Below, piece by piece: positions 49,376-60,629 of a stretch of DNA of 64,000 nt. Source of the DNA: Candidatus Cloacimonadales bacterium (GTDB lineage: Bacteria > Cloacimonadota > Cloacimonadia > Cloacimonadales > DAONDQ01); contig OY759316.1 of the NCBI GenBank assembly GCA_963662275.1, positions 3,392,001 through 3,456,000 of the forward strand, read 5' to 3'. Below the pieces are notes generated by a model. That model saw only the letters and a program-made list of their open reading frames with translations. It ran no database searches and had not been told where the DNA came from. Positions within the stretch are counted from its first letter, which is position 1. Every line of letters starts with the position of its first letter. The position numbers were made by a program, and so were the translations under genes.

Positions 49376-50776
49376 TTAATTCACTGGTATCCCAATACAA
49401 TTCATGATACCACCAGTTTCGGTTCCGCCAAACATCTTAGGAAGACCAGTGCCAAAGTACAAATTACCTCCATTTACCACGATAGAAGTACTGATGGAAT
49501 TCATTTTCTCACTTTTCCATACCGATTCACCGGTTTTTGTATTGTAGCCCCTGATGATTCCATCCGTTGAACCAACGAAATAGACATCCCCTGCGACAAA
49601 GCCTGACTGAGTCATCCAAGCGGGTTGAATCTCTTTCATTTTCCACAATACTTTACCAGTTCCAAGGTCAAACTTCGCAATATCCATCAAGTGCTTTTCC
49701 GCATCTGCATATTTGTATGCATTGTTTGCCCAGGCGCAAATACCATTTTTATCTATCGAAGACGAAGCAAGGAAACCACCACCGGTTGCTCCCAAACCAA
49801 GTTGAGCGCTCCAAACATCTTTACCAGTCGTTCTATCTAATACCCAAAGCGTCCCGTTCTTCTGACCGGCAGCTATGAGCTTCACTTCTTTACCAGCTAT
49901 CTTAGCTTCAAATAATTGGGGAGCTGCACCAAAATCATAGTCAGGTCCTTTTGGCTGAGCCATTGTCCAGACATCATTTTTCAGACATTGTTTCATCCAT
50001 TTCAACTTCCCCGTAAGTGCATCTACCGCCACAATTGCATCCGACATATCAGTTGCAGCTCCTGTATAATTATTGCCTGTATCGAAATAGAGAGTTTTCG
50101 ATTCTTCATCCAATGCAAATCCACTCCAGACAGCCACTCCGTTTTCTTTACCTGTGACCGTTTTAAATTCCCAGATATTCTTTCCGGTCTTAGCATCATA
50201 TGCCTCTACCCTACCCTGGAAATCAGTCACAAAGTCCTTTTGCTGATCCATCCCTTCATCCATTGAACAGACTGGAACATACACCATGCCATTGAAATAC
50301 AGCAATGCTCCTGTATTACCGGATACAGGCTGGTCAGTGAATTTTGCTTTCCATTTGACTTGCCCATCCGTCTTGGCAATTGCATAAAGCATACCTTCAG
50401 CACTTGCCTCAAAAAGCATGTCGTCTCCGAGTACACCTGTCCCAGAAAAACCATACCACGCCCCTTTCGAATCAACAGACTGGATTTTATTCTCCCATAA
50501 AATCTTTCCTGTAATAGCATCTGCAGCATAAACAGTTCCACCCCAATCAGCATAATAAACAATGCCTTGATCAACCAGAGGTTTATGAGTAATCAAATAT
50601 TTAGACTGCGCAGTCCATAATACTTTGGAATTACCAAAATTCCCACTATTGATTGTTGATAGAATGTCAGCATTCTGGTTTTTTAATTCGTTTGAACCGG
50701 CTGCGAATAGTGTTGTCATAAGGCTCATGGAAAATACTAAGAATACTAACAACGATAGATAACTTGATTTCTTCAT
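49376..50776 (-). CDS. PQQ-binding beta-propeller protein (PVA dehydrogenase-like)
   Basis: Repeated A.DA.TGK..W, GVAVWS, DYDFGAAP; signal peptide. Confidence 0.82.
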   Translation of the reverse strand: MKKSSYLSLLVFLVFSMSLMTTLFAAGSNELKNQNADILSTINSGNFGNSKVLWTAQSKYLITHKPLVDQGIVYYADWGGTVYAADAITGKILWENKIQSVDSKGAWYGFSGTGVLGDDMLFEASAEGMLYAIAKTDGQVKWKAKFTDQPVSGNTGALLYFNGMVYVPVCSMDEGMDQQKDFVTDFQGRVEAYDAKTGKNIWEFKTVTGKENGVAVWSGFALDEESKTLYFDTGNNYTGAATDMSDAIVAVDALTGKLKWMKQCLKNDVWTMAQPKGPDYDFGAAPQLFEAKIAGKEVKLIAAGQKNGTLWVLDRTTGKDVWSAQLGLGATGGGFLASSSIDKNGICAWANNAYKYADAEKHLMDIAKFDLGTGKVLWKMKEIQPAWMTQSGFVAGDVYFVGSTDGIIRGYNTKTGESVWKSEKMNSISTSIVVNGGNLYFGTGLPKMFGGTETGGIMNCIGIPVN

Positions 50777-50974
50777 TTTCTCTCCTCTATTATTTGGATT
50801 TATTTTAGCAAATATTAGAAAATATAGTAAAAATATGTTAATAAACAATGCTTTTATCAACTTGTTGGCAAGTAATAGATTTACGATGCGCTTTCGTTAA
50901 TCTTGACTAATAATCAACGATAGGATTAGCGATTGAACGTGAGAAAAGAAATTAATGATGCTCTTGTGAGCCTC

Positions 50975-51160
50975 TTATAAAACAACCGCAGCACTACCGC
51001 AGCACAATCGCTCCTATAAGCGGTTCTGCTTTGGTTGTGTTGCTGTTGCTGTTTGGTTGTGTTTGTTTTGTTTTCCAAGTGACGTATCACTGACTTCTGG
51101 CGGTAACTGTGTGGTAACTAAGACCTGACACCTGCCACCTTCTGCAGCCTTTCATATCAA
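50975..51160 (-). repeat. Copy of dispersed 11-bp-phased element
   Basis: ACCGC 50985, 50996, ATCGC 51007, inverted GCGGT 51020. Confidence 0.7.
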
Positions 51161-51333
51161 ACCATTCGACCTATCCACCGATGACTAATCGACGCTCCGG
51201 ACTGCTCTGCTCCCTCTATGCTGTACCCTGTACGCTGTACGCTGTACGCTTTACCCTATTCGCTTCTGCAAATTTTCCTTGCCAGATATTCCCCAAGAAC
51301 AAATTCTTAAATGCTGAAATCTATTATTATTGA

Positions 51334-51894
51334 GTGGAGAGAATGAGAAGAAAACGCACCCTGTTCTGCCCCAAGAACCGCAACTCCAGGTCACTGGCAG
51401 TGTCAACCTGCTGTATCTGTGAGAAGTTGGGTGACTGTAAAGTTTTCATGTCTTTCTACCGTGATCATAAGCTCGAATATAACAAATTTGTAAAAGAAAC
51501 ATTACTAAAATTCCCAGATAAATACCAAATGGAGGTAATCCTCATGGCTGAAAAGAAGCAATTCGTGCAGGTTGTGGATCATGCAACCGGACGGGTGGAA
51601 AGAGTCATCGAACTGGATAAGCTCGAACGCCTTTCCCCTGAAGACAAACTCTCTCTCTCAAAGGGCAAAGACCTCTTCCTGGTGACACATGTCATTGAAC
51701 CTGTCATCAAGATCGAGATGAAGAAGAGACTCATCGATACGGAAATGAACTTCCATCGTGAAGAGGAAGAAGTGAAGCCGGAAGTAAAACCGGAAGCGAA
51801 ACCGGTAGTAAAGCCTGAACCAACAGATTTATTTGCTGAAGAACCTAAGAAAACTGAACCAGCACCAACCCGTGGTCGTAAGAAAAAAGAGTAA
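51334..51894 (+). CDS. Hypothetical protein (Cys-rich N-terminus, basic C-terminal tail)
   Basis: 186-aa ORF; internal GGAGG-ATG at 51544. Confidence 0.65.
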   Translation: MERMRRKRTLFCPKNRNSRSLAVSTCCICEKLGDCKVFMSFYRDHKLEYNKFVKETLLKFPDKYQMEVILMAEKKQFVQVVDHATGRVERVIELDKLERLSPEDKLSLSKGKDLFLVTHVIEPVIKIEMKKRLIDTEMNFHREEEEVKPEVKPEAKPVVKPEPTDLFAEEPKKTEPAPTRGRKKKE

Positions 51895-52010
51895 AGTAAG
51901 ACGCCGTTCTTACTGCTGCGTGGAGTAGGATTCCGATCCTACTGAACACAAGACTGCCGGGGACGTCAGTCCCTACGACCAAAGACTGCCGGGGACGTCA
52001 GTCCCTACGA
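51891..52010. repeat. REP cluster (A and B types of the 3911 array plus two GTAG-type REPs)
   Basis: GTAAAGTAAGACGCCGTTCTTACT, GTGGAGTAGGATTCCGATCCTACT, GACTGCCGGGGACGTCAGTCCCTAC x2. Confidence 0.8.
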
Positions 52011-52676
52011 AATTCTTGCAACGCATTCCTCTCCTTCGTTTCGTACATTTGAAACGAAGGTCGAAACCGGATAGGCTTCCATTTCCCGATTGGCTAATGG
52101 AAGCAGAAGTTTGGAAAGCAGTACAGGATCCTGGTTCCAGTAGCTGAGCCATGCTTTTTCAGTATCTGGGGTAAGAATAACCGGCATACGTTCATGAATA
52201 GGTTTCATAGTTTCATTTGCAGCACAGGTAATAATGGCTAAGGTTTGAATTTCACTGCCATCTGCACCGAGCCAGCGATCCCAGATGCCCGCAAATGCAA
52301 AGTGACCACGCTCTGTGGGATGAATAAAGTAAGGCTGTTTCGAGGGCTTCTGCCATTCATAGAAACCGGAAGCAGGTATGATACATCGTCTGCGTGTTAT
52401 CGCAGACTTGAAGGTAGGCTTTTCCAATACACTTTCCGCTCGCACATTGATCATTTTATATTGCGTTTCAGCAGTCTTCGACCAGGATGGTATCAACCCC
52501 CACTGGAAATAAGTGAGCACATTTCCCTTCGTAGTTGAAATAAAAGACGGTATCACATTCGTTGGTGCTATATTGAAATGAATGGGTATCTGCTCATCCC
52601 GATTCTGAATATCATATTCATCCAACAATTTCTTCAACTGATCATACTTAAAGATTTGAGCGAAACGACCGCACAT
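52005..52676 (-). CDS. SOS response-associated peptidase (SRAP/YedK/HMCES)
   Basis: MCGRF N-terminus, WGLIP, GFYEW, IHERMP. Confidence 0.93.
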   Translation of the reverse strand: MCGRFAQIFKYDQLKKLLDEYDIQNRDEQIPIHFNIAPTNVIPSFISTTKGNVLTYFQWGLIPSWSKTAETQYKMINVRAESVLEKPTFKSAITRRRCIIPASGFYEWQKPSKQPYFIHPTERGHFAFAGIWDRWLGADGSEIQTLAIITCAANETMKPIHERMPVILTPDTEKAWLSYWNQDPVLLSKLLLPLANREMEAYPVSTFVSNVRNEGEECVARIS

Positions 52677-53086
52677 GTGTACCTCCGGTACAGGTTCTAG
52701 GTGTTAGGTGCTAGGTGTTAGGTTGCAGAGAAGAGCATCTGATCTCCCTCCCATTTGCAAAGGGAGGGATTAAGGGAGAGCTAGTTCTGGTCTGCTATTA
52801 TCAGCTACAAGCTTCTTCAAAGGGGGAGCAAGTTTTATCTGCAACTCCTCTGGAGTGATAGATGATAGCCCATAGCGTAAGCTATGGGTCAATAATGAAG
52901 AATGATATGAATCCCGAATGGATGCCACCTCCATCTCCACATTTCAATCGTTCCACCCCTGCAGGGTTTAGAATGTTTGGGGTTGATTCTTTACCCATAG
53001 CTTACGCTATCATCTTCCTCTCTCACAGGGGCGAAAGGAATTCGCCCTATCCGCCTTAAAGAATAAGGCGCTCCAGTCTGACAATC

Positions 53087-55693
53087 TTAAATCTTAAATG
53101 ATTTGATTATCTCCGCTACTTGTGCTATCGCTTCATCTATCTTCTCAACGCTTTTACCACCAGCCATAGCTTGGTCGGGTTTACCACCGCCTTTGCCGTC
53201 AACGAGTTCAGCGATCTTGCCGGCAAGCTTGCCAGCAGGATATTTACCCATGAGATCAGGGGTAGAAACAACCAGCAAAGAGACTTTGCCTTCTATTTCA
53301 GAGAAGAGAACACCGATACCGGATTTGAGCTTCACTTTGAAGACATCCGCCAGGTTGCTGAGTTCCTTCACATTCTTCACTTTGAAGCGGGAAGCTACGA
53401 CCTTCATGCCATCTATGTCCATGGCTTTGTTCAGCAACTCTTCCAATTCAATGGCAGCAGCTTTTTGAGTAAGAGTATCCACTTCAGCCAATAAATCTTT
53501 TATCTCAATCTGCATCCTGTCAATTTTGGGAAGTACCTGCAATTCTGGGACACCCAGGGCAGAAGCGATATCTGTCTGTTTCTGTTCAAGTAAACGAATA
53601 TAGAGTTCGACTTTATCGCCTGTGATGGCTTCAATACGGCGTACACCGGAAGCGATGGATGCTTCGGAAGTGATTTTCACAGAACCTATCTCACCTGAAT
53701 TATGCAGATGTGTTCCTCCACAGAGTTCCATGGAGAAGTCACCGACTTTCACCACACGGACATGATCACCATACTTCTCTCCAAACAGAGCCATGGCTCC
53801 CAGTTTCTTGGCATCATCAATACCCATTTCCTGAACTTCCACAGATTGGCAGGCACGTATCTGTTCATTCACGATAGACTCGACCTTCTGCAGTTCCTCA
53901 TCCTTCAAGGCATAGAAATGTGTGAAGTCAAAGCGCAGGGCATCGGCTGAAACCAGCGAACCCTTCTGCTGCACATGCTCTCCCAAGACTTGGCGTAAAG
54001 CCGCATGAATAAGATGCGTGGCAGTGTGATTACGGGCAATGCGCAAACGCTGGTAGGAATCCAGCACTGCTTCATATGGAAGTTCGCTGATTCCGCCTTT
54101 CAAGATTTCACAGTAATGGATGGTGAGATCATGTTCCTTCCTAACGTCCAAAATGCGTATCTCTGACTCGTTATTCTTCAGTACCCCGTTATCTCCAACC
54201 TGACCACCGGATTCAGCGTAGAATGGTGTTTTATCGAGCACAATGCGTAAAATGCCATCTTCACCGATGGTATAGCGTAAGATCTTTGCTTCGATCATTG
54301 AAAGATCATAGCCTACGAATTCTGTCTTAGTGTTATCTATGAGAATTGTCCAATTCAGTTCTTCCGTTGTAGAAGTGAATTTGGATGATTCGCGGGCACG
54401 GGTACGCTGCTTCTCCATTTCTTCCTTGAAATCAGCTTCATTGACAGTGAGATTCCTCTCTTCTGCGATTTGAACCGTCAGATCGAATGGAAAACCATAG
54501 GTATCATAAAGCATGAAGGCATCTGCACCTGATATCTCGTTACCGACTGTGTTTTTCACGATATCTTCAAAAATGACCAAACCCTTATCCAGTGTCTGGT
54601 TGAATCTATCTTCTTCAGCCTTGATCACCATCTTCAAAAATGGCGCTTTTACTTTTAGTTCAGTGAAATGATGTCCCATCATCTCGACCAGTGTATCGAC
54701 CAGTTGATACAGGAAAGGCTCGTGGAAATTGAGCTTCCTGCCATGACGTGCCGCTCTTCTTAAAATACGGCGCAGCACATATCCGCGTCCTTCATTGGAA
54801 GGCATGCCGCCATCGGCAATGGCAAAGGAAAGGCAACGAATGTGGTCAGCAATGATACGGTGGGAAACACCTGTCTCTTCTGTGTAGGGAACCTTGCTCA
54901 ATTCTGCTACTTTCTCTAAAATAGGCAGGAAGGCATCTGTCTGGTAATTGGTTGATTTCCCCTGTAAGACTTGCGTGATGCGTTCCAGTCCCATACCGGT
55001 ATCCACATATTTATGCTGAAGCGGGTGCAATTCCCTGTCTTCAGTGCGATTATACTGGATGAACACGAGATTCCACAATTCCATGTAACGTTGGCAATCT
55101 CCGTTCACCTTGCATTCATGACCCGGGACATGCTGTTTATCACAGAATTCAATGCCTCTGTCGATATTGATCTCGGAGCATGGTCCGCATGGTCCGGTCT
55201 CCCCCATTTCCCAGAAATTGTCCTTATCACCATGATACGTAATATGGGTAGGGTCGATATCTGTGAGGGATTTCCACAATTCATGGGCATCATGATCAGA
55301 AGTATGCACTGTGGCATGAAGCAGTTCCTTGGGAAGTTTCCATTCCTGGGTGAAGAGTTCCCACGCCCAAACGATAGCTTCCTTCTTGTAATAATCACCA
55401 AATGACCAGTTTCCCAGCATTTCGAAGAAAGTATGGTGATAGCCGTCACGTCCCACTTCTTCCAGATCGTTGTGCTTTCCGCCAGCACGGATGCATTTCT
55501 GGCTGTTCACAGCACGTTTATAAGTGATAGGCACCTGCCCGAGGAATATATTCTTAAACTGGTTCATCCCCGCATTAGTGAATAACAGGGTAGGGTCATC
55601 ATGCGGTACGACGGAAGAAGACGGTTTATAGTCATGTCCTCTTTCCTTAAAGAAATCTATAAATTGTTGTCTGATCTCATTACTTGATAGCAT
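53087..55693 (-). CDS. alaS: Alanine--tRNA ligase
   Basis: DPTLLFTNAGM, HHTFFEMLGN, ELCGGTH, GKGGGKP. Confidence 0.98.
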   Translation of the reverse strand: MLSSNEIRQQFIDFFKERGHDYKPSSSVVPHDDPTLLFTNAGMNQFKNIFLGQVPITYKRAVNSQKCIRAGGKHNDLEEVGRDGYHHTFFEMLGNWSFGDYYKKEAIVWAWELFTQEWKLPKELLHATVHTSDHDAHELWKSLTDIDPTHITYHGDKDNFWEMGETGPCGPCSEINIDRGIEFCDKQHVPGHECKVNGDCQRYMELWNLVFIQYNRTEDRELHPLQHKYVDTGMGLERITQVLQGKSTNYQTDAFLPILEKVAELSKVPYTEETGVSHRIIADHIRCLSFAIADGGMPSNEGRGYVLRRILRRAARHGRKLNFHEPFLYQLVDTLVEMMGHHFTELKVKAPFLKMVIKAEEDRFNQTLDKGLVIFEDIVKNTVGNEISGADAFMLYDTYGFPFDLTVQIAEERNLTVNEADFKEEMEKQRTRARESSKFTSTTEELNWTILIDNTKTEFVGYDLSMIEAKILRYTIGEDGILRIVLDKTPFYAESGGQVGDNGVLKNNESEIRILDVRKEHDLTIHYCEILKGGISELPYEAVLDSYQRLRIARNHTATHLIHAALRQVLGEHVQQKGSLVSADALRFDFTHFYALKDEELQKVESIVNEQIRACQSVEVQEMGIDDAKKLGAMALFGEKYGDHVRVVKVGDFSMELCGGTHLHNSGEIGSVKITSEASIASGVRRIEAITGDKVELYIRLLEQKQTDIASALGVPELQVLPKIDRMQIEIKDLLAEVDTLTQKAAAIELEELLNKAMDIDGMKVVASRFKVKNVKELSNLADVFKVKLKSGIGVLFSEIEGKVSLLVVSTPDLMGKYPAGKLAGKIAELVDGKGGGKPDQAMAGGKSVEKIDEAIAQVAEIIKSFKI

Positions 55694-55848
55694 CAGTTTC
55701 TCCTTATTCCCATTTAACACAGATAATTAGCGTACTTAAGAAAAGCCCTGAAAAGGGAAATGAGTGTCAAGAAGAAAAAAAGAGATATTATAAAAAAAAC
55801 CGTACGATCTCAAGTGAGATAGCACGGTTTACATTAAAGATTAACTGA

Positions 55849-58491
55849 TTACTTTAGTAAAACTACTTTTTGGGTTGCCTTATATTTACCGGCGGTCATT
55901 CTATAGAAATAGACCCCACTGCTGACTGTTCTACCTTGGTCATCCTTGCCATTCCATACCAGGTGATGTTTTCCTGCATTCCATTCTTTTGAAGTGAGAG
56001 TGAGAACTCTACCACCTTTAGCGTTATAAATCGTGATATTCACAAAGCTGTCCGTTTTCAAATCAAACGAAATATTCGTTTGTGGATTGAAAGGATTTGG
56101 ATATGCCGGATTGAGCATTGTTAATGTTGGAATTACAGGAGTTGTATTTGGATCACCTTGCTCAAGAACATGAACAGACACCGGTCCATGGAATTCGTTA
56201 GTTCCGTTGAATTCGACACTCTGAAGCCAGTAGAAATAAATTCCTTCCTGGGTGATTTCATCATCCTGGAATTCATAACTATGTTGGGTTGAACTGTTTG
56301 TTCCATATAGCAGCGGTGAAACCAATATAGCATCAGGAAGAACATCTGATTCAGATCTATAGATATTATAGCCCAAAATATCGGTTTCAGACTGTGTAAT
56401 CCATTGCAGACAGACTACACCTTGCGTATTGAGAACTGCAGAAAAAGAAGACAGTTCCACGGGTAATGCTCCTTCAAACTGCTGTCCATCAGATCTGCCG
56501 ATGGTGAAAACACCTTTTGCACTACTCAGATTCTCTATATAGACAGAAATTGAGCGTCCCCAACCAAATCCCATTAACGGGGTTGAGCCTTGATAGATAA
56601 CAGGAGAAACTGGATTGCTCCAATTATTCCAGTTAAAATTATTGTCATCCTCTGCAGTCCAGGTGAAGTTATAGTTCTTTCCACCGCTTTGAGTACCGTT
56701 TAGTGTCCAAGAACGTTTAATCCTGTTGGGAAAGAACGTACCCGTATTGGACGTGGACACAGAAAAATCTGTAATATTCACATCATTTTCTGTTATTGTT
56801 AGGTATTGTCCGCCTGCATTGTAATATCCATCCACAGTCATTATACAACCCGGAGCAAAGGAACCGTTGGTAAAGGTGATATTTCCCGTAACCGTGAGTT
56901 TGTGTCCATCAGTATTAAAAACGCCGTTCTCTAAATGCAGGAAATTGCAGGTCAGGTCTGCTGAAAGAGTCAGTCCTGCAGCATTGTTTATATCAACATA
57001 ATTGGCAGCTGAAAGTCCGTTTCCGGTATTCTGAGCAGAAGAACCGCAGTAAAAATAATTCGCTCCTGAATCATAAGATCGGCTACCGGTTACCAGTATA
57101 TGCCCTTCTGTTCCGCTGGTTGTGATTCCAGATGAACTGGTTATATATAAATTACCTAGCGAACTCAGCATAAAATTAGGTTCATATCCTTCATCATAAG
57201 TTCCGCTGGCATTTTTAATCTTGTACGTACCTGGTTTTAAATAACCTCCTCCATCCACAGTAAAATATAAATGAGCATAGTATATGGAAGCATTGGTCGT
57301 ACCTATTTCAACATCGCTCTTCAGATTTAGGGTTCTTCCATTATTGACAGAAATATTCCATTTGCTTTGATATCTGTCTAAACCTGTCTTTAGCTTTATG
57401 TCAGATGACCTATACAACCCCAAGTTATTTGAAAAATATATATTCACATATCCGGTTCCTGAAGTAGTGCCATTATATGCTACGAAATTATCAGCATCCG
57501 CTCCCACGTTGAGACTTCCTTCGAGCCAAAGAGTGGTTATACTATTTGTATTTGTTGAGGCGATAAATGAGCCGGTCACAACTTCAAAATCCTCACCAAC
57601 ACTGAATGTAACCCCGCCGGATTTGGTCAGTGTTAAAGTACCTCCATCTATCTTGACACCTTTCTTCACATTGATCGTTGCATCGTTTATTCCGTTTTTA
57701 AGAACCAGTTTCCCTCTATTGATGGTCAAGTTTCCTTTGATATCTAGAGTTGTGGTCTCTGTTCCCATCAGCCGATATTCTGAATACCCGGTGTCATTGA
57801 CCGTGAAATCACCCTGGACATTTGTAAAGGCACCGCCTCCATTAACATCATCAGTTCCCGTCCATAAATCTATTACCACATTTCCCCAGGTTATACCTGA
57901 AGTTAGACCACCTGTACCCTGCGCAACGATTTTCAAGGTACCGTTTCCGTTTCCTCCATTATTGGAATCAGCAAAATAGCGGTTTGTGCCTGGAACTGTT
58001 CCATCATCCATACTGTGAATATAGGTTCCGCCACCATAGATGTAGAAGTTCGTTACATCGAGTCCCAAACTCCACAAGTATAATTCTCCCCCATCAAAAA
58101 CTTTTAATGTAGTAACTCGAACATCTCCATCGCTGTAAAATTGCCCATAAACATTTAGATAGGAGAATTTAGTGCTGTCTTGGGCGAGTAGATCAGACTC
58201 GACATTCAAAATACCACCAGCTTCAATGATAACTCCTGAACCTGTCCCATATTCTCCCAATCCGGCAAGATCATTGAACATGGAATGTCCGGATTGTACC
58301 ACCCAAACATCGTTATTGCTGATGTTAGTCCAGGTGGGAGCTGTTCCGGTTCCGTCCCTGGATGATCTGAAATTGTGAGGATTTGTAAAAGTACCGTTTG
58401 TACGTGAATACCAAGTATAACCAAATAAACCAATGTACGAAAATGTAAAAGCAACCATCATAAGCAACAGCTTCTTTGTCATAAAAACCAT
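55849..58491 (-). CDS. Secreted beta-helix-like protein with FlgD/T9SS-type C-terminal domain
   Basis: Signal peptide; LPVELSSF; AYPNPFNP...SSGVYFY. Confidence 0.82.
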   Translation of the reverse strand: MVFMTKKLLLMMVAFTFSYIGLFGYTWYSRTNGTFTNPHNFRSSRDGTGTAPTWTNISNNDVWVVQSGHSMFNDLAGLGEYGTGSGVIIEAGGILNVESDLLAQDSTKFSYLNVYGQFYSDGDVRVTTLKVFDGGELYLWSLGLDVTNFYIYGGGTYIHSMDDGTVPGTNRYFADSNNGGNGNGTLKIVAQGTGGLTSGITWGNVVIDLWTGTDDVNGGGAFTNVQGDFTVNDTGYSEYRLMGTETTTLDIKGNLTINRGKLVLKNGINDATINVKKGVKIDGGTLTLTKSGGVTFSVGEDFEVVTGSFIASTNTNSITTLWLEGSLNVGADADNFVAYNGTTSGTGYVNIYFSNNLGLYRSSDIKLKTGLDRYQSKWNISVNNGRTLNLKSDVEIGTTNASIYYAHLYFTVDGGGYLKPGTYKIKNASGTYDEGYEPNFMLSSLGNLYITSSSGITTSGTEGHILVTGSRSYDSGANYFYCGSSAQNTGNGLSAANYVDINNAAGLTLSADLTCNFLHLENGVFNTDGHKLTVTGNITFTNGSFAPGCIMTVDGYYNAGGQYLTITENDVNITDFSVSTSNTGTFFPNRIKRSWTLNGTQSGGKNYNFTWTAEDDNNFNWNNWSNPVSPVIYQGSTPLMGFGWGRSISVYIENLSSAKGVFTIGRSDGQQFEGALPVELSSFSAVLNTQGVVCLQWITQSETDILGYNIYRSESDVLPDAILVSPLLYGTNSSTQHSYEFQDDEITQEGIYFYWLQSVEFNGTNEFHGPVSVHVLEQGDPNTTPVIPTLTMLNPAYPNPFNPQTNISFDLKTDSFVNITIYNAKGGRVLTLTSKEWNAGKHHLVWNGKDDQGRTVSSGVYFYRMTAGKYKATQKVVLLK

Positions 58492-58684
58492 CCTTTCATT
58501 TTCTTGTTACTTGTTTTATTACTTTTCAAAATATGCTTGGATTATTGCTTAGTGTGGCATTAGAATGAATAATTGTTCATAGTCACAAAGCAGTTCCATA
58601 GCAATGCTACAATATTTACAATGATTATATTTTATTTATTTTCGTGTCAAGTTTTTTGTTGTAATGTATATCGTATTTGAAAGC

Positions 58685-60545
58685 GAGACTGTTCAAAATT
58701 AACCTCCATTTTACGCAGCCTTATTGGTAGTGACAGAGAAAAAGTGGTCTAAGTGCGACCAATCCACATTTTCTTGACATATGCGGGAGATATTTAAACT
58801 TGCTAAAAGTGATTCCTGACGCATGATTGGTTGACCTTTATCGACCAGTTCTTTGAACCAAAGCGAAAACACAAGGTTGCGGGTGGTTTCTTCAGATTTT
58901 AGTCCAAATCTACCGGATGTCACCTTCTTGATTTTGCGGTTCCAGCGTTCAGAGACATTGGAAGTCAAACCTTTGCTGAGGTGTCTCCAATCACTAATGA
59001 TATTGCTTTTGATGTATTCGGCGGCGGTTGGGGGAGTAATAGCTGTCAGGCTTGCGATACCCTTTTTCCTTCCGCCCGCCGTTTCTCTTCGGAAAGCTTT
59101 CATAATCCTCTTCTTAAAGAACTTGTCCCTGTCTTCAGGGAGATGACATTGACTGATTCTTTTGAAGAGATTTCGTATCTTATGGAACTTACAGAGTTGG
59201 TAATGGACTTTTGGAAACACTGTTTTTCTTGCAACTGCTAACGATTTACTGCCATCACTGACAATCAGGGTTGGATCTTTCCTGTAGAGCTGTCTGAAGG
59301 TTCTGAAACATGCTTCGAATGATTCTTTCTTTGTGTCAGGATACAACTCACAAAACAGAGGGATGTGAGTCACAAAATCAACAATACTGATGACATAGTA
59401 CGGAATACCTTTGATCTTCACATATTTCTCATCAATGCTGATCTTTCCGCTCCACTTACCGATTGAGTTCAGAATCAGGCTCTGCAGGTCAGCGATTTCA
59501 TGCCAGAGATTTGAGACTGTAGCTTTACAGGTGTTGAGCAGCAAAGCTATCGTCTCGAAGTTCATACCGCTTCCAACCAGGTAATGTACCAGCAGACACA
59601 GGTTCTTGCGTTCCAGACTATGGAACGGCTTTGCATCGGCGGTTCTATGGGATGTATTGCCTTTAGCAGTCTTCATTTGTTCCAGGAGTCTGTCACAGAT
59701 AACAGGTGTATTCTGCTGACCGGCAAGCAGTTTCAGCAGATGTACAGCATCACCGCCTACTGTCTTTTTCAGAAGAAGCTTCTGAGCTTGCTTAACTACA
59801 GACAGAGAATTGACCTGAGAAGCATATTTGCAGAAAGTGGTATAGGACATTTTAAAATCATGATGGCTGATGAACTCCTGATACATGACATTTAAAGGTA
59901 AAAGCAGGTTATTGATAACAAAATTCTCGATCTGAGGAATACACTCCAGCAGGTCAACTTTCCGGCTTAAATATGCCAGGATATCATGACCATGCTGCTC
60001 AAACTCTTGCCAGAAATTATGTACATTCCTGCGGTCTGCGTAGTTAAACAGATCAGCTATTTGCTGAAGTGTAAGGAGGTTGTCTCCGCCTATTCCTACT
60101 AATAAGCGTAGAAACGCTATTAAGAACTTGTGGTTTGATGTTGTCTCAGGCAAAGTGAATGAAAATGGTACGTTAATACTTACATGGTATTGGTTACTTT
60201 CATGACTAACACTTACCGCTTCTTGAATTGGAGTGTTTTTTTGTCATAATATCCTCCCTTTTGTTACCAGGTAACAAATGCCATTGAAGCTATAGCAAAA
60301 AACTTGTAAAGAACTATTTTATATGATTTTAACTACACATTTAGTCAGAAACGGCTTCGAAACATTACTTATAATCGCGTGTTTTTCAATTTTAGTCAAA
60401 AAGCTTAACTTGTGATTTGGTGTCCTTAGCAGAGCTTATCTGTCAATTCTGGAAGGTATGTTAAATTATGACCGTTTCGACCACTTTTTTCAACTTGCTA
60501 CTTTCTAACTTATTGAATATTATGAATAACTTCATGAACAGTCTC
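58685..60545 (-). mobile_element. 1861-bp IS, copy 3 (apparently identical to copy 1)
   Basis: Same TIRs; TSD TTGAAAGC. Confidence 0.92.
58711..60153 (-). CDS. DDE transposase
   Basis: Translation identical to 20824-22266. Confidence 0.85.
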   Translation of the reverse strand: MPETTSNHKFLIAFLRLLVGIGGDNLLTLQQIADLFNYADRRNVHNFWQEFEQHGHDILAYLSRKVDLLECIPQIENFVINNLLLPLNVMYQEFISHHDFKMSYTTFCKYASQVNSLSVVKQAQKLLLKKTVGGDAVHLLKLLAGQQNTPVICDRLLEQMKTAKGNTSHRTADAKPFHSLERKNLCLLVHYLVGSGMNFETIALLLNTCKATVSNLWHEIADLQSLILNSIGKWSGKISIDEKYVKIKGIPYYVISIVDFVTHIPLFCELYPDTKKESFEACFRTFRQLYRKDPTLIVSDGSKSLAVARKTVFPKVHYQLCKFHKIRNLFKRISQCHLPEDRDKFFKKRIMKAFRRETAGGRKKGIASLTAITPPTAAEYIKSNIISDWRHLSKGLTSNVSERWNRKIKKVTSGRFGLKSEETTRNLVFSLWFKELVDKGQPIMRQESLLASLNISRICQENVDWSHLDHFFSVTTNKAA

Positions 60546-60629
60546 TTGAAAGCTCTGCCATTATTCAGATAGATAGACTTAGGTAAGACTGCCAGCAAAC
60601 CTTATGGTTAATTGTTAAGTTAGTTTTAC

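Noticed and set aside
53103..58378. Antisense ORFs within alaS and the secreted-protein gene (and similar ones elsewhere)
   Set aside because: Shadow frames of well-supported genes with no recognisable motifs
20798..60545. Composite transposon bounded by the identical IS copies
   Set aside because: Each copy has its own matching TSD, so the insertions are independent
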